The notes below the pieces were generated by a model. It saw only the letters and a list, made by a program, of their open reading frames with translations, searched no databases and was not told where the DNA came from. The position numbers and the translations under genes were made by a program. From an uncultured delta proteobacterium (GTDB taxonomy: Bacteria > Desulfobacterota > Binatia > UBA9968), in contig CAWDPO010000011.1 of assembly GCA_963804165.1 (NCBI GenBank), positions 134,578 through 198,577 on the forward strand: a DNA stretch of 64,000 nt. Direction: 5' to 3'. This document shows, in pieces, positions 32,873 through 43,201 of this stretch (positions are counted from its first letter, which is position 1; the number at the start of each line of letters is the position of its first letter).

Positions 32873-34504
32873 ATGAATAAAAACATTGTGATCTGCTCTG
32901 ACGGCACCGGAAACACGACGATCAAAGGGCGCGGCACAAATGTTTTCAAAATGTTTGAGTCCATCGATCTCAACGGCCATCGCTTCGACCCGGAGCTCGA
33001 CCCCCAGGTCGCGATCTACGACGACGGCGTCGGCATCGAAGATTTTAAACCGCTTAAGATCATTGGCGGAATCACAGGATGGGGTCTCAGCCGAAACGTC
33101 AAACAACTCTATAAGGAATTGTGCCGGATCTATGATCCGGGCGATAGGATTTTTCTGTTTGGTTTTAGCCGTGGTGCTTTCACCGTCCGAACCCTCGCCG
33201 GGATAATCACGAAGTGCGGTATTATCGACGCCAGAAAGCAACCCACGGCGAGCGCATTCGACCGCAGCGTCAATGCCGCCTATAAAGCCTACCGCAGTTG
33301 TTACCGAACAATTTTCATGCGCCTCATTCTTGGCGAACCGGACAGCGACGCGACAGTCGCTTTCAAAGCCAAATTCTGCCATAGCCAACCGCCCGAGGTT
33401 CATTTTATCGGCGTGTGGGATACGGTAGACGCCGTCGGGATGCCTTTCCACATCAGCGACATGATCAACACCGTCATTTATCCTTTCAAGTTTCCCAACC
33501 AGCGACTGAGTGAACATGTGAAGCACGCCTACCATGCGCTCGCCATCGACGATGAGCGTCACTCCTTTCATCCGCTGCTGTGGGATCAAAGCATCCCGAG
33601 CGAAAACAAAAATCAAAAGCTAGAGCAGGTTTGGTTCGCGGGTGCGCATTCCAACGTGGGCGGCGGCTATCCAAAACAAGGCATGTCTTTGGTTCCACTC
33701 GACTGGTTGATGGAGAAGGCAAAGGCCGCGGACTTGAGGTTCATCCCCGGCGAACGGGGGTACTATCGAGACCACGCGAATGTCGACGACAAGCTTTATG
33801 ATCCCCGCGCCGGGCTAGGGGTTTTCTACCGTTGGAAGCCTCGTGACATCGCCGCGATATGCCGAGAGAATGACGTCGCGCCGGTGATTCACCTCAGCGT
33901 ACTGGAGCGCGTCGCGCATGGTACCGAAGACTACAGCCCCGGCAACTTGCCATCAAACGCAACGGTCGTCATAACGCCCACAGGAGATCCGGAAAGGGAC
34001 GCGGCGGCTCAACAGAGAGCGCTCGCAACCGAGAACATTTTGAAATCCGCGCACAGTCATGAGGAGTCCCTGCTGGATCGTGTCCGCAACACGATCCGCA
34101 TCGGTCGATTCTCCTACTACATTTACCTGCTGTCCTGCGTTGCGACATTGATTGTCGGTTCAGGTTCTTTGGATAAGACGGCGGGACTCAATCCGTGGAC
34201 CCTCCTGAAAGACGTGGTTCTACTCGCGATCAACGTTTTGACCTCGCCCTTTTCTACCTTGTCTTCGATCTACGCGAACTTGTCTTACAAATCAGCGCGA
34301 CTCATTTGGATCTTTGGCGGATTCGCGCTGGCCTACCTGTTGATGAAGTTCACCGATCGAAGAATGACCGGGATCTTCTCACGATTCTGGTTTGAACAGC
34401 AGCAACGCCTGCGCGACGCGCTGAAGCTAGCGCGCGCGAAAGCTAAACAAACCGTTTCATCCAGGGTAGAGACCACAAATGAAAAACGGCGTCCTGTTGA
34501 ATGA
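32873..34504 (+). CDS. DUF2235 (Tle1-like alpha/beta hydrolase) domain protein with C-terminal TM helices
   Basis: ICSDGTGN, TNVFK, GFSRGAFTVR, GVWDTV, HALAIDDER, WFAGAHSNVGGGY. Confidence 0.9.
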   Translation: MNKNIVICSDGTGNTTIKGRGTNVFKMFESIDLNGHRFDPELDPQVAIYDDGVGIEDFKPLKIIGGITGWGLSRNVKQLYKELCRIYDPGDRIFLFGFSRGAFTVRTLAGIITKCGIIDARKQPTASAFDRSVNAAYKAYRSCYRTIFMRLILGEPDSDATVAFKAKFCHSQPPEVHFIGVWDTVDAVGMPFHISDMINTVIYPFKFPNQRLSEHVKHAYHALAIDDERHSFHPLLWDQSIPSENKNQKLEQVWFAGAHSNVGGGYPKQGMSLVPLDWLMEKAKAADLRFIPGERGYYRDHANVDDKLYDPRAGLGVFYRWKPRDIAAICRENDVAPVIHLSVLERVAHGTEDYSPGNLPSNATVVITPTGDPERDAAAQQRALATENILKSAHSHEESLLDRVRNTIRIGRFSYYIYLLSCVATLIVGSGSLDKTAGLNPWTLLKDVVLLAINVLTSPFSTLSSIYANLSYKSARLIWIFGGFALAYLLMKFTDRRMTGIFSRFWFEQQQRLRDALKLARAKAKQTVSSRVETTNEKRRPVE

Positions 34505-34772
34505 TTTATTAGTGTTGAGCGGACCCGTCGCTATTCCTACGCCTATCCGAGATCGGAAGAGTTTGCCAATGCCCGATCAATCACCTGCACCGGGAAGAGC
34601 ACTCCAAAAATTGCCATAGACATTGAGGTCTCGCTGCAGTAGAGAAGCTTTCAGAAGCGCAGCGAATGCTCGATTCGCTCGCCGAGGAGAACCCAGTCCT
34701 GTCTCGATGAGCGTTGCTTTGCTTCGGGGTTCAAAAGGGGAAAAGTTTACGTCGCTAACGTGAGGCGAACCA

Positions 34773-35939
34773 ATGGCCACGGGAGACACTCGATCGCCGC
34801 TTGACGCCGCGCAAGGCATGGCCGCTGCGATCCGATCCTGCGCCGACCAGATCGAGAAAGATCGGGAACTGCCGCGTCAGCTCTTTGACGCCTTGGCCGC
34901 CGCCGGTTTTTTCAAGCTGTTGATTCCGCGCACCGTAGGCGGTGCCGAGATCGACTTGCCGACCTACGTGCAAGTGCTTGAAGAGCTCGGCAAAGCGGAC
35001 GCGAGCACCGGCTGGGTCGTCAATCAGTGCGCGGTCTTCGCAACCTACGCCGCGCAAATGCCGCGCGATATCGCTCGCTCGATCTGGATCGACACGCCGC
35101 ACAGCGTGGTCGCCAATACTCCGGTGGCAACGGCCCAGGCTGTTGTGGTTCCCGGCGGGTACCGGGTCACCGGCCGCCAGGGCTTCAGCTCGGGTTGCCG
35201 GCACGCGGCCTGGCTCGCAGCGCGCGCTCTCATTCAGGAAAACAGCCAAACCCGACTTTTGGAAGATCAGCCCGAGGAGCGCTACCTGTTTGTGCCGGCT
35301 GCCGAGGCCCAGCTGCTGGACACCTGGCACGTGCGTGGTATGCGCGGGACGGGCACCCATCATTTTGTCGTGAAGGATGTCTTCGTGCCCGCAGAGCGAA
35401 CGGTTCTTCAGGCCGGCGCGCCGCTCTTGGAAAGCGGACCGCTCTACCAATTCCCACGGAGATTGTTGTTCGCCTCGGGCGACGCCGCCGTGGCCTTGGG
35501 AACAGCGCGCGCGTGCCTGGATGCTTTTTTTGAACTCGCCGGCGCCAAGACGCCGCGCTCCATGCAGGCCACTCTGCGCGATCAACCGGTGATTCAAGCA
35601 ACCGTCGGCCGCAGCGAAGCGCAACGACGATCCGCGCGCGCCTTTTTGACCGAGGCGGTGCGCGACATTTGGAGCGAGGCGATATCCACCGGCGCGATCA
35701 GCTCGGACCGGCGCGCGGTCCTGCGCCTGGCGACGACTCATGCGATTCGACTGGCGGTGGAGATCGTCGATTCTATCTATAATGCTTGCGGCGTTACGGC
35801 GATCTTCGAAGGCAACCCGATACAGCGTTACTTCCAGGACATTCACGTGATCAGCCAGCACACCCAGGGACGCCTCGCCCATTACGAATTGATCGGAAAA
35901 CATGCGCTAGGACTGAAGGTCGACCCAGCGCGATTCTAA
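34773..35939 (+). CDS. Acyl-CoA dehydrogenase-like flavin-dependent monooxygenase (HsaA/C2-type)
   Basis: GGAEID, ADASTGW, FSSGC, DTWHVRGMRGTGTH, IQRYFQDIH. Confidence 0.88.
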   Translation: MATGDTRSPLDAAQGMAAAIRSCADQIEKDRELPRQLFDALAAAGFFKLLIPRTVGGAEIDLPTYVQVLEELGKADASTGWVVNQCAVFATYAAQMPRDIARSIWIDTPHSVVANTPVATAQAVVVPGGYRVTGRQGFSSGCRHAAWLAARALIQENSQTRLLEDQPEERYLFVPAAEAQLLDTWHVRGMRGTGTHHFVVKDVFVPAERTVLQAGAPLLESGPLYQFPRRLLFASGDAAVALGTARACLDAFFELAGAKTPRSMQATLRDQPVIQATVGRSEAQRRSARAFLTEAVRDIWSEAISTGAISSDRRAVLRLATTHAIRLAVEIVDSIYNACGVTAIFEGNPIQRYFQDIHVISQHTQGRLAHYELIGKHALGLKVDPARF

Positions 35940-36247
35940 TCGGAACATACTTTTCAATTGTTCCAACGCCCATCGGATCAAAGCGCGCTCGGGATGGCCC
36001 GATGACGACGAGCAATGCCGCAAGTGGTTGCAATCAGAAGTCGGGCGGCAATCTGCGCTAGTGAATTCGCAACGCCGTCGGGCGAACACGCAATAGCGGG
36101 GTATCGGTCAGTAGCCAGGGTAGAGCCCGGCGTAAGCCTCTATTTGTTTCGCAGTGAGGGCCGGTGCCTAGGATCATGGCACAAGCGACGCATGCTCTCT
36201 GGTAATTCGCGCGAGAATGCCTCATCCTTTTCTTTCTTCCCGCCGCC

Positions 36248-37555
36248 ATGAGGTTTAAAAAGTTCAACGTTCGCGAAAGTCTCCGGTCGTCATTCAAGGA
36301 TGGTATCTTTGCCGCTTTTATGACCGGCGTTACCGATTATTACGCAACGCCCGCTGCGCTCTTTTTGGGCGCCAGCGTACAGCAGGTCGGTCTCGTCACG
36401 GCTTTGCCGAATCTTTTGTCTTCTTTGTCGCAGTTCTTTTCCGTAAGAGTCATTTATTGGGTCGGCGGCCGGCTCAAACTATTGGTGCGCCTGGTTTTCT
36501 CCCAGGCGTCACTCATTCTCTGTATCGCCATGCTGCCGTTGCTGGAGATCCCTAATCGAGTCGAGCTATTGCTGATCTTTTTAATTCTCGCGGCCATGTG
36601 TGGCGGCTTGGCTGGACCAGCCTGGGGCAGCCTGATGAGCGACTACGTGCCGGCGAAAAAGCGCGGACGGTATTTCGGCTGGCGAAGCAGGACCGTGGGC
36701 GCGGTCACCGTCGGCAGCATCGTCGCGTCGGGATTGCTGTTGAATTTTTTCCAAGAGATATCTTTCGGCACGGGTTTTTGGATTATCTTTTCTTTAGCTG
36801 CTGCGGCCCGATATGTTTCCGCTTATTTCATCAGCCGGATGGATGAGCCTCCGCATAGAAAAGATCCGGCCAGTGACTTCACTTTTCTTATGTTCCTGCG
36901 GCGCTTTAGGGAAAGCAATTTTCTCAAATTCGTGGTTTTCAGCGGTTGTCTGACTTTCGCTACGTATCTGGCGGCTCCCTTCTTCGCCGTCTTTATGTTG
37001 CGTGACCTGCAATTGAGCTACGTAACTTATATGGCGCTCCAGGTTTGCTCTTCGCTTGCTGCGCTTGTGGCCCTGCCCCTCTGGGGGAAACACGCCGATC
37101 TCGTCGGCAACGTAAGAGTTTTGCGGCTCAGCTCGTTTCTTGCGGCGCTGATCCCGATCTTTTGGCTTGTCTCACACCAGCCCGCCTACCTCATGCTGGT
37201 TCAAATGTTCGCCGGCTTTTCGTGGAGCGGAGTCACACTCAGCACCGGCAACTTCATCTACGACGCCGTGACACCGCAAAAGCGGGTCCGTTGCATCGCC
37301 TATTTCAATGTCATCAATGGCCTTGCGCTTTTTATGGGTTCCTCCCTGGGCGGTTATGTTGCCTCGCGCTTGCCGCCGCTTTTCGGCTACAACCTGCTCG
37401 GTCTGTTTGTGCTGTCCTGCGTCTGTCGGGTATCGGTTTACCTGCTGCTCTCGCGGAGTTTCCGCGAAGTCAGAACCGCCCACGAGGTTTCCATCCAGGA
37501 GCTTTTTTTCAGCGTTGTCGGTATCCGTCCGCTTGTTGAACCGGCGCAGGACTGA
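36248..37555 (+). CDS. MFS transporter
   Basis: SFKDGIFA, WGSLMSDYVPAKKRGRYFG, WGKHADLVGN, about 12 TM segments. Confidence 0.88.
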   Translation: MRFKKFNVRESLRSSFKDGIFAAFMTGVTDYYATPAALFLGASVQQVGLVTALPNLLSSLSQFFSVRVIYWVGGRLKLLVRLVFSQASLILCIAMLPLLEIPNRVELLLIFLILAAMCGGLAGPAWGSLMSDYVPAKKRGRYFGWRSRTVGAVTVGSIVASGLLLNFFQEISFGTGFWIIFSLAAAARYVSAYFISRMDEPPHRKDPASDFTFLMFLRRFRESNFLKFVVFSGCLTFATYLAAPFFAVFMLRDLQLSYVTYMALQVCSSLAALVALPLWGKHADLVGNVRVLRLSSFLAALIPIFWLVSHQPAYLMLVQMFAGFSWSGVTLSTGNFIYDAVTPQKRVRCIAYFNVINGLALFMGSSLGGYVASRLPPLFGYNLLGLFVLSCVCRVSVYLLLSRSFREVRTAHEVSIQELFFSVVGIRPLVEPAQD

Positions 37556-37917
37556 GCGGCGACGTCACCGCGCTCTTATAGACTTGATAAAGGAAAAGGA
37601 TCGGTCGCCGGAGAGTAAAAGCCCAGTGCTCAAGAGCGTGATGCGCCTGTAAAAATTGTTCAAAGTTCCAAGTCCAATGTTCAAGGGTGAATTCAAAAAC
37701 GCGGAGAAATAAGAAAATCGGGAAAGCTCTTCGCCGTTCGTTTGGATGCAAAGTCTCGGGCCGTCACCGATCCGGTTGAACAATTGGAACGGAGCGAAGC
37801 GATGGAACGTCTGGAACGACTCGAACCCTCAGGATCCAGACTGGAGGAAGTTGACAGGACAGCGCGTTAGCGCATACGCTGTTCTCAAAACAATTCGACA
37901 AATAAGGAGCTATTCCC

Positions 37918-38547
37918 ATGCTGACACTCTATTTCAGTCCCGGCGCATGTTCTTTGGCCTCTCATATCGGTCTCGAAGAAACCGGCGCGCCTTACGAGGC
38001 AAAGCCGATCCTGCTCGCAAAGGGGCAGCAGAGGACCGAGGAATATCAGAAGATCAATCCACGCGGTAAAGTACCGGCGCTCGATGTCGACGGCAAGATC
38101 CTGGTCGAGAACACGGCGATCCTCACTTACCTGGGGCGGCGGTTTCCGGAAAAGAAGCTCATGCCGACCGATCCGGCCGAGGAGGCGCGCGGCATCGCGA
38201 CCATGTGCTGGTTCTCCAGCATCGTGCATCCCTCGTACCAGCGCGTGAACCGGCCCGAGCGTTTTGCCGACAGCGAAGCGGCGCACGCAGGGGTAAAAGA
38301 AAACGGACGGAAATCGTTCTGGGCCAACTGCCAGGAGATCGACTCCATGTTCCAGGGAAAAGAGTGGATCCTGGGCAGTGAGTACACGCTCGTCGATCCC
38401 TACGCACTGGTTTTCTACGGCTGGGGCGTGCGCGGCGGATTTCCCATGAAGGAGCTCACTGCGTACACGGCATGGCAGGAACGCATGATGAAGCGCCCTA
38501 CCGTTAAGAAAACTGTCGACGCCGAGGCGAACGTCTCTACATCATAA
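37918..38547 (+). CDS. Glutathione S-transferase family protein
   Basis: YFSPGACSLASHI, INPRGKVPAL, ENTAILTYL. Confidence 0.93.
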   Translation: MLTLYFSPGACSLASHIGLEETGAPYEAKPILLAKGQQRTEEYQKINPRGKVPALDVDGKILVENTAILTYLGRRFPEKKLMPTDPAEEARGIATMCWFSSIVHPSYQRVNRPERFADSEAAHAGVKENGRKSFWANCQEIDSMFQGKEWILGSEYTLVDPYALVFYGWGVRGGFPMKELTAYTAWQERMMKRPTVKKTVDAEANVSTS

Positions 38548-38818
38548 TAGCTTCTTTCAGGTCAGACTCGGCTGACTTGCGGGATTGAGGCTACCGACGT
38601 CCGAATATCTCACAGCGACTTATCCTCACTGTGCCGAACGCTCGAGCAAGCCGCACCAATGAGGCCCTGCTTACTGTTTGCCCTTGGATTTTGAACGGTT
38701 CGGGGTTTGCCTGTTAAAGCGATTTGAACGAAGCGAAGCGATTGAACGTCTGGGACGACTGGAACCATTCGGGCTCGCAGCCCTTCACGGTGAGGCCAAA
38801 CTTGAGAGGGGAAATTCG

Positions 38819-39586
38819 TTGAACGCAAACGCAAAGTATTTTGATTGCCATTTTCATATCATCGACAAGAATTTTCCCGTCGTGCCCAATCAAGGATTCA
38901 TGCCCGACGCGTTCACCAGCGAGGATTATTTAGAGCGCTTGAAAGCGGTCGATCTTTGCGGCGGCGCGGTGGTGTCCGGCTCGTTCCAGGCTTTCGATCA
39001 ATCGTATCTCTTTCATGCTTTGAAGGTGCTTGGCCCGACCTTTGTCGGAGTCACGCAAGTGCCGCAGACCGTCTCGGATCAGGAGTTACGGGAACTCAAC
39101 AGCGCAGGGGTTCGCGCCGTCCGTTTCAACGTCAAGCGCGGCGGTTCGGAAGAAATCCACCACCTGGAAAACTTTGCGCGGCGCGTTCATGAATTGGTGG
39201 GCTGGCACACCGAGTTGTATGTCGATTCCACCGAGCTGGCCGATCTGTTTGAGACTCTTGTCGCGTTGCCGGCGGTCAGCATCGACCATCTCGGTCTGTC
39301 CAAAGCGGGTTTTCCAACGCTGCTCAAACTTGCGGAAAAAGGTGTGCGGGTGAAGGCCACCGGCTTCGGACGGGTGGACTTCGATGTGCGTTCCGCGCTG
39401 ACGGATCTCTATGCTGCCAATCCGCGGGCGCTCATGTTCGGCACCGACCTGCCGTCCACACGCGCACCAAGGCCTTATCAAGATGACGATTACACGCTGG
39501 TTCGAGAAACATTGGGAGATGAAAAAGCGGCAAATGTTCTTTACAAAAACGCCATTGAGTTTTATCGGCCGAAAAAGATTGAGTAG
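38819..39586 (+). CDS. Amidohydrolase_2 family (2-pyrone-4,6-dicarboxylate lactonase-like)
   Basis: FDCHFH, VVSGSFQ, GVRAVRFN, IDHLGL, MFGTDLPSTR. Likely TTG start at 38819. Confidence 0.85.
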   Translation: MNANAKYFDCHFHIIDKNFPVVPNQGFMPDAFTSEDYLERLKAVDLCGGAVVSGSFQAFDQSYLFHALKVLGPTFVGVTQVPQTVSDQELRELNSAGVRAVRFNVKRGGSEEIHHLENFARRVHELVGWHTELYVDSTELADLFETLVALPAVSIDHLGLSKAGFPTLLKLAEKGVRVKATGFGRVDFDVRSALTDLYAANPRALMFGTDLPSTRAPRPYQDDDYTLVRETLGDEKAANVLYKNAIEFYRPKKIE

Positions 39587-39628
39587 TTCTAGCGCAGAAG
39601 TTCGACCAATAAATTCTTCATATTTAAC

Positions 39629-39722
39629 CGTCATACCGGCGAATGCCGGTGGGTGTCCAGATACTTTGAAATTGTGGATTCCGGGTCGCCCCCGGCATTT
39701 GCTGGGGTTGCCCGGAATGACA
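39629..39722. repeat. CGTC-tagged palindromic REP-like element between convergent genes
   Basis: CGTCATACCGGCGAATGCCGG..TCCAG ... TGGATTCCGG..CCCGGAATGACA. Confidence 0.65.
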
Positions 39723-39820
39723 ATCGAATTATATATCGCGAATTCCTCAGTCACCCCATTGGAGCCTGTTCTATCCGCGCGTAACAAGCAGGTGCCGATA
39801 AACACGCCTCACGGACACGA

Positions 39821-41116
39821 TCACGATCGCTCGACGCCAAGATCGAGCGCGTAGATCTTTCTTGGCTCCCGCACTCCGCGCAGGGTGTGGTAGCCGAGCG
39901 GCTCGAGAGGGCGGCTGTCGCCGACCACCGACGCAAGTTCGGAAGAGATGAGCACCTTGCGGCCCAGGGGCTCACACAAGGTCTCGATACGCGCGACTTC
40001 GTTGACCGCCGGCCCGATGACGGTGAAGTCGAGACGGTCGACGGCGCCGACGTTGCCATAGAGAACCTCGCCGAGATGGAGCGCGAGGTCGACCACGGCA
40101 GTTGGCTTGCCGGCCTCTTGCCGCGCGGCATTGAGCCGATCGAGAGCATCCATCGTTTCCGCCGCGGCGTCGATGGCCCGGCTGCAGGTCTCATCCCGCG
40201 TCGCCTCCACGAAGGGAAACGTCGCGAGCATGCCGTCGCCGAGGAATTTCAGCACTTGCCCGCCGCGCGGCCGCAGTGAAGCGGTAAGCGTCTCAAAGAT
40301 CGCGTTGATCAACTCGATGACAATGAGCCCGGGTGTCGTGTCGGCGATCGCCGTGAAGCCGCGGATATCGGCGAACCACAGCACAGCACGGACACTTTCG
40401 ACCGAGCCGCGCTCCACCGCCCCGGCATGAACACGCGTGCCTGCGTCGCCGCCGAGATAAGCCTTCAGGAGTCCGGAGGCGATCATGTGGCCGCCATGGG
40501 TCATCATCGCGAGGGACAACGCGGGCAACACGGCCCGCAGCAATACGAGATCATCATCACGGAAGCCGCCGGGTAAATCGGTCGCAAACGAATAGCCGAT
40601 GCCGGTGCCGTAGGAAGCGTCGCCGTCGGGACCGAAGCCGACGACTTGCGCGAAATAATCGGAAGCGCCGGCGGCGGCGAGATCTTTGAGGATGGGATAT
40701 TCGAGCCGTGTCCCGGGTTCGGCGAGACGCCAACGCTGGTGCTGCCAGGGATCTCCCTCGGGTCCGGCCTTTTCCACTTGCCGGATCAGTTGGCCGAAGG
40801 GACTCTGCAGCAAGATCAGCTCGTACTCGTGGCCCCGGCCAAATTGCGCGGGCTCGATGGCGTTGAGATGACGCCACCAGGTGTAGCTGTAGCCGCCCCA
40901 CTGGGGATGCAATGTCGGCATACCTACGAAGGCGCGCCACAGCGGCACGCCGGCTTTCACAAAGCGCTGACAAAGACCATCGAAAACCGCGGCGGCATCG
41001 GCGCCGCGCAGTCCTTCGCGCACCACCCACGTGTGCAATTGGACGATCTGACGGCCGAGCACGCTGTCGAAATTCAGCGGCGACGACGGGCACCGAAGCT
41101 GGGCGTGATGGATCAC
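39821..41116 (-). CDS. Class III adenylate/guanylate cyclase
   Basis: TLHPQ, WFADIRGFT, LKFLGDGML, ALHLGEVLYGNVG, DFTVIGPAVNEVARIE. Confidence 0.92.
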   Translation of the reverse strand: MIHHAQLRCPSSPLNFDSVLGRQIVQLHTWVVREGLRGADAAAVFDGLCQRFVKAGVPLWRAFVGMPTLHPQWGGYSYTWWRHLNAIEPAQFGRGHEYELILLQSPFGQLIRQVEKAGPEGDPWQHQRWRLAEPGTRLEYPILKDLAAAGASDYFAQVVGFGPDGDASYGTGIGYSFATDLPGGFRDDDLVLLRAVLPALSLAMMTHGGHMIASGLLKAYLGGDAGTRVHAGAVERGSVESVRAVLWFADIRGFTAIADTTPGLIVIELINAIFETLTASLRPRGGQVLKFLGDGMLATFPFVEATRDETCSRAIDAAAETMDALDRLNAARQEAGKPTAVVDLALHLGEVLYGNVGAVDRLDFTVIGPAVNEVARIETLCEPLGRKVLISSELASVVGDSRPLEPLGYHTLRGVREPRKIYALDLGVERS

Positions 41117-41545
41117 GCATAAGAGCTCAAAAATGACTGTAGACTACGGCTGCGACCGCGCATATGCCATCCAGCTTCTGTGATGTGACTGTTATGCCTG
41201 ACACTTTTTTTCTACCGCAGCTTTTTTCACTTGTCTACGACGTCGTCTGCCGTTTGATGATTAAACGATTTGAACTCAGCGAAGCGATTTAACGTTTTGA
41301 ATTGTGGCCGTTCCGCGCCTTAGTTTGCGTTTTTTGCGTCCACAACCGGTGGCACGAATGCCCTTCCATCAGACCGGGCATCCGCGGCGGCCTCGGTATT
41401 TATGTCCTCTGGAGCAGATCTTCCAACCGCCCTTGTTGGCCTTAGACATAGGTTCTTATGCCACATTCGCGCATGCCGGCGTAACCGTTGCCGGCGCGTT
41501 TCTCGGGCAGCTTTCACGTCTCGACAGAGTTGCTAAGGTAACTTC

Positions 41546-42694
41546 ATGAAGGATTGGAAATCGCGGCTGCCGGCTTTGATCGAGCGAACGGATAAGTTGT
41601 CCGACAGCGTCCGCTCGCGCCTGAGGAGAATCACGGGTTTTAACCATCCTTTGATGATTATGCCTTATCTAGGCTACGGCACCGCGGACAAAATGTTGTT
41701 CGGAGGTAGGGTATTGGAGGACGAAGGGTTTAGTCCCGCCACCAGCGCCGATCGCACGTGGCGCAATCTCGTCAACATGTACAAGCGTTTTGAAACCGAC
41801 GAGGTGCCGGGAGCTCGCATACGCGCGCGCTTTCAGGGAATCGAAAGCGATGCGACCACGGATCACGAGGGCTATTTTAGTTTCGAGATTCAACCGGTTC
41901 AGCGCTTGGAGTCACATCCGTGGCAACTGGTTGAATTGGAGCTGTTGGATCCGCCGTTGCCCAAAGGAGCTCCGGTGCGCACCACCGCGCGGGTGCTGGT
42001 GCCTTCCCCAGGCGCCAGATTCGGTATCATCAGCGACATCGACGATACCGTGATATCGAGTAACGTCGGCAATAAATTGAAAATGATCCTGACGGTAATT
42101 CTCGCCAACGAGCATACCCGTAAGCCCTTCGAAGGCGTTGCGGGCTTTTACCGCGCCTTGCAGAGCGGCGCGACCGGCGGCGAAGACAATCCGATCTTCT
42201 ATGTCTCGAACAGCGCGTGGAACCTTTACACCGTGCTGCTCGAGTTCTTGAACCTGCAAAAGATACCCTTGGGTCCACTGCTGCTCAGGGATTTTGGCGA
42301 TCACTTGCTCTTTGCCAAAGATCACGAGAGCCACAAGAAGCGCAACATCAAAATGATTTTGGAATCATTTCCGCATCTGCCGTTCGTGCTGATCGGCGAC
42401 AGCGGCGAGCGCGACCCGGAAATCTATCGGGATGTGGTGAAAGAATATCCGACTCGGATTCGCGCCATCTATATCCGCAGCATCAATAAACAGCCCTCTC
42501 GGCTGGCAGCGATCGATAGGCTCATAGAAGAAGTCCGGCATACCGGCAGCCAGCTGGTGCTTACCCAGGACAGCGAATTTGCCGCCGCGCACGCTGCCGC
42601 GGAAGGCCTGATATCCACTGCTCTACTTGCCACCGTTCGTTCGGAGAAAAAAAAGGATCAGAGTGCGCCAACGCAGCAGGCGCTAACTCGCTAA
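41546..42694 (+). CDS. App1-family phosphatidate phosphatase (DUF2183)
   Basis: IISDIDDTV, FYVSNSAWNLY, GPLLLRD, LIGDSGERDPEIY. Confidence 0.9.
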   Translation: MKDWKSRLPALIERTDKLSDSVRSRLRRITGFNHPLMIMPYLGYGTADKMLFGGRVLEDEGFSPATSADRTWRNLVNMYKRFETDEVPGARIRARFQGIESDATTDHEGYFSFEIQPVQRLESHPWQLVELELLDPPLPKGAPVRTTARVLVPSPGARFGIISDIDDTVISSNVGNKLKMILTVILANEHTRKPFEGVAGFYRALQSGATGGEDNPIFYVSNSAWNLYTVLLEFLNLQKIPLGPLLLRDFGDHLLFAKDHESHKKRNIKMILESFPHLPFVLIGDSGERDPEIYRDVVKEYPTRIRAIYIRSINKQPSRLAAIDRLIEEVRHTGSQLVLTQDSEFAAAHAAAEGLISTALLATVRSEKKKDQSAPTQQALTR

Positions 42695-42736
42695 CCGAGA
42701 TTTGCGTTCGTGGGACTAACCGCAGCTGTGGCAATA

Positions 42737-42882
42737 GTCAGGTCACGATATCGCGAGTACGCTGGGTAGATTCTTGGCCGCTGGGAATGAAAACTCGCTA
42801 ATTGGCTTCCCCTCGTATTCATCTATGCAAGCCTGACCGATGCCTCTCCCCTGACCCGATGCCTCTCCCCAATGCCTCTCCC
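42737..42882. repeat. Mini-element with GTCAGG..CCTGAC inverted termini and a tandemly duplicated right flank
   Basis: GTCAGGTC at 42737 and ATGCAAGCCTGACC at 42825-42838, followed by three copies of ATGCCTCTCCC with CTGACC repeated. Confidence 0.5.
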
Positions 42883-43068
42883 TTTTGTTGCGTTTTAAAG
42901 GATCGCCAAAAAAACTTTCGGCCGCAATAGCTCCGCAAGCACGCCCCGGGTTTGGCACCCGAAAACCGAACGGCCTTAGGTATCACCGAGAATCTGACCG
43001 TGCAATCACGGTGAGGCAGTTCCATCTTTTTCCGCCAATTGTTGAACCGTTGCTTGCCGGCGAAAGTC

Positions 43069-43120
43069 TTGAACGATTTGAACGGAGCGAAGCGGTTGAA
43101 CGGCTTGAACGATTTGAACG
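43069..43120 (+). repeat. Best-conserved copy of the dispersed TTGAACG-N2 intergenic repeat family
   Basis: TTGAACGATTTGAACGGAGCGAAGCGGTTGAACGGCTTGAACGATTTGAACG. Related copies start near 2327 (reverse), 37776, 38721, 41261, 45354, 48012 and 49367. Confidence 0.75.
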
Positions 43121-43201
43121 ACCTATCAGTGCCAAACCGATTGCACCCGACGGTGAGGGTTTGCTAGTTTGATGCTCTGTTCTTCCGGAGAGGAGCAAAT
43201 C

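Noticed and set aside
34755-35903. Long antisense ORFs (also 44036..45172, 22666..23601, 10547..11467, 62682..63614)
   Set aside because: Shadow frames opposite well-supported genes in GC-rich DNA, with no motifs.
38678-38818. N-terminal extension of the amidohydrolase, and ERFER/ERLER ORFs such as 2131..2397, 42885..43172 and 37746..38069
   Set aside because: These are translations of the intergenic TTGAACG repeats.
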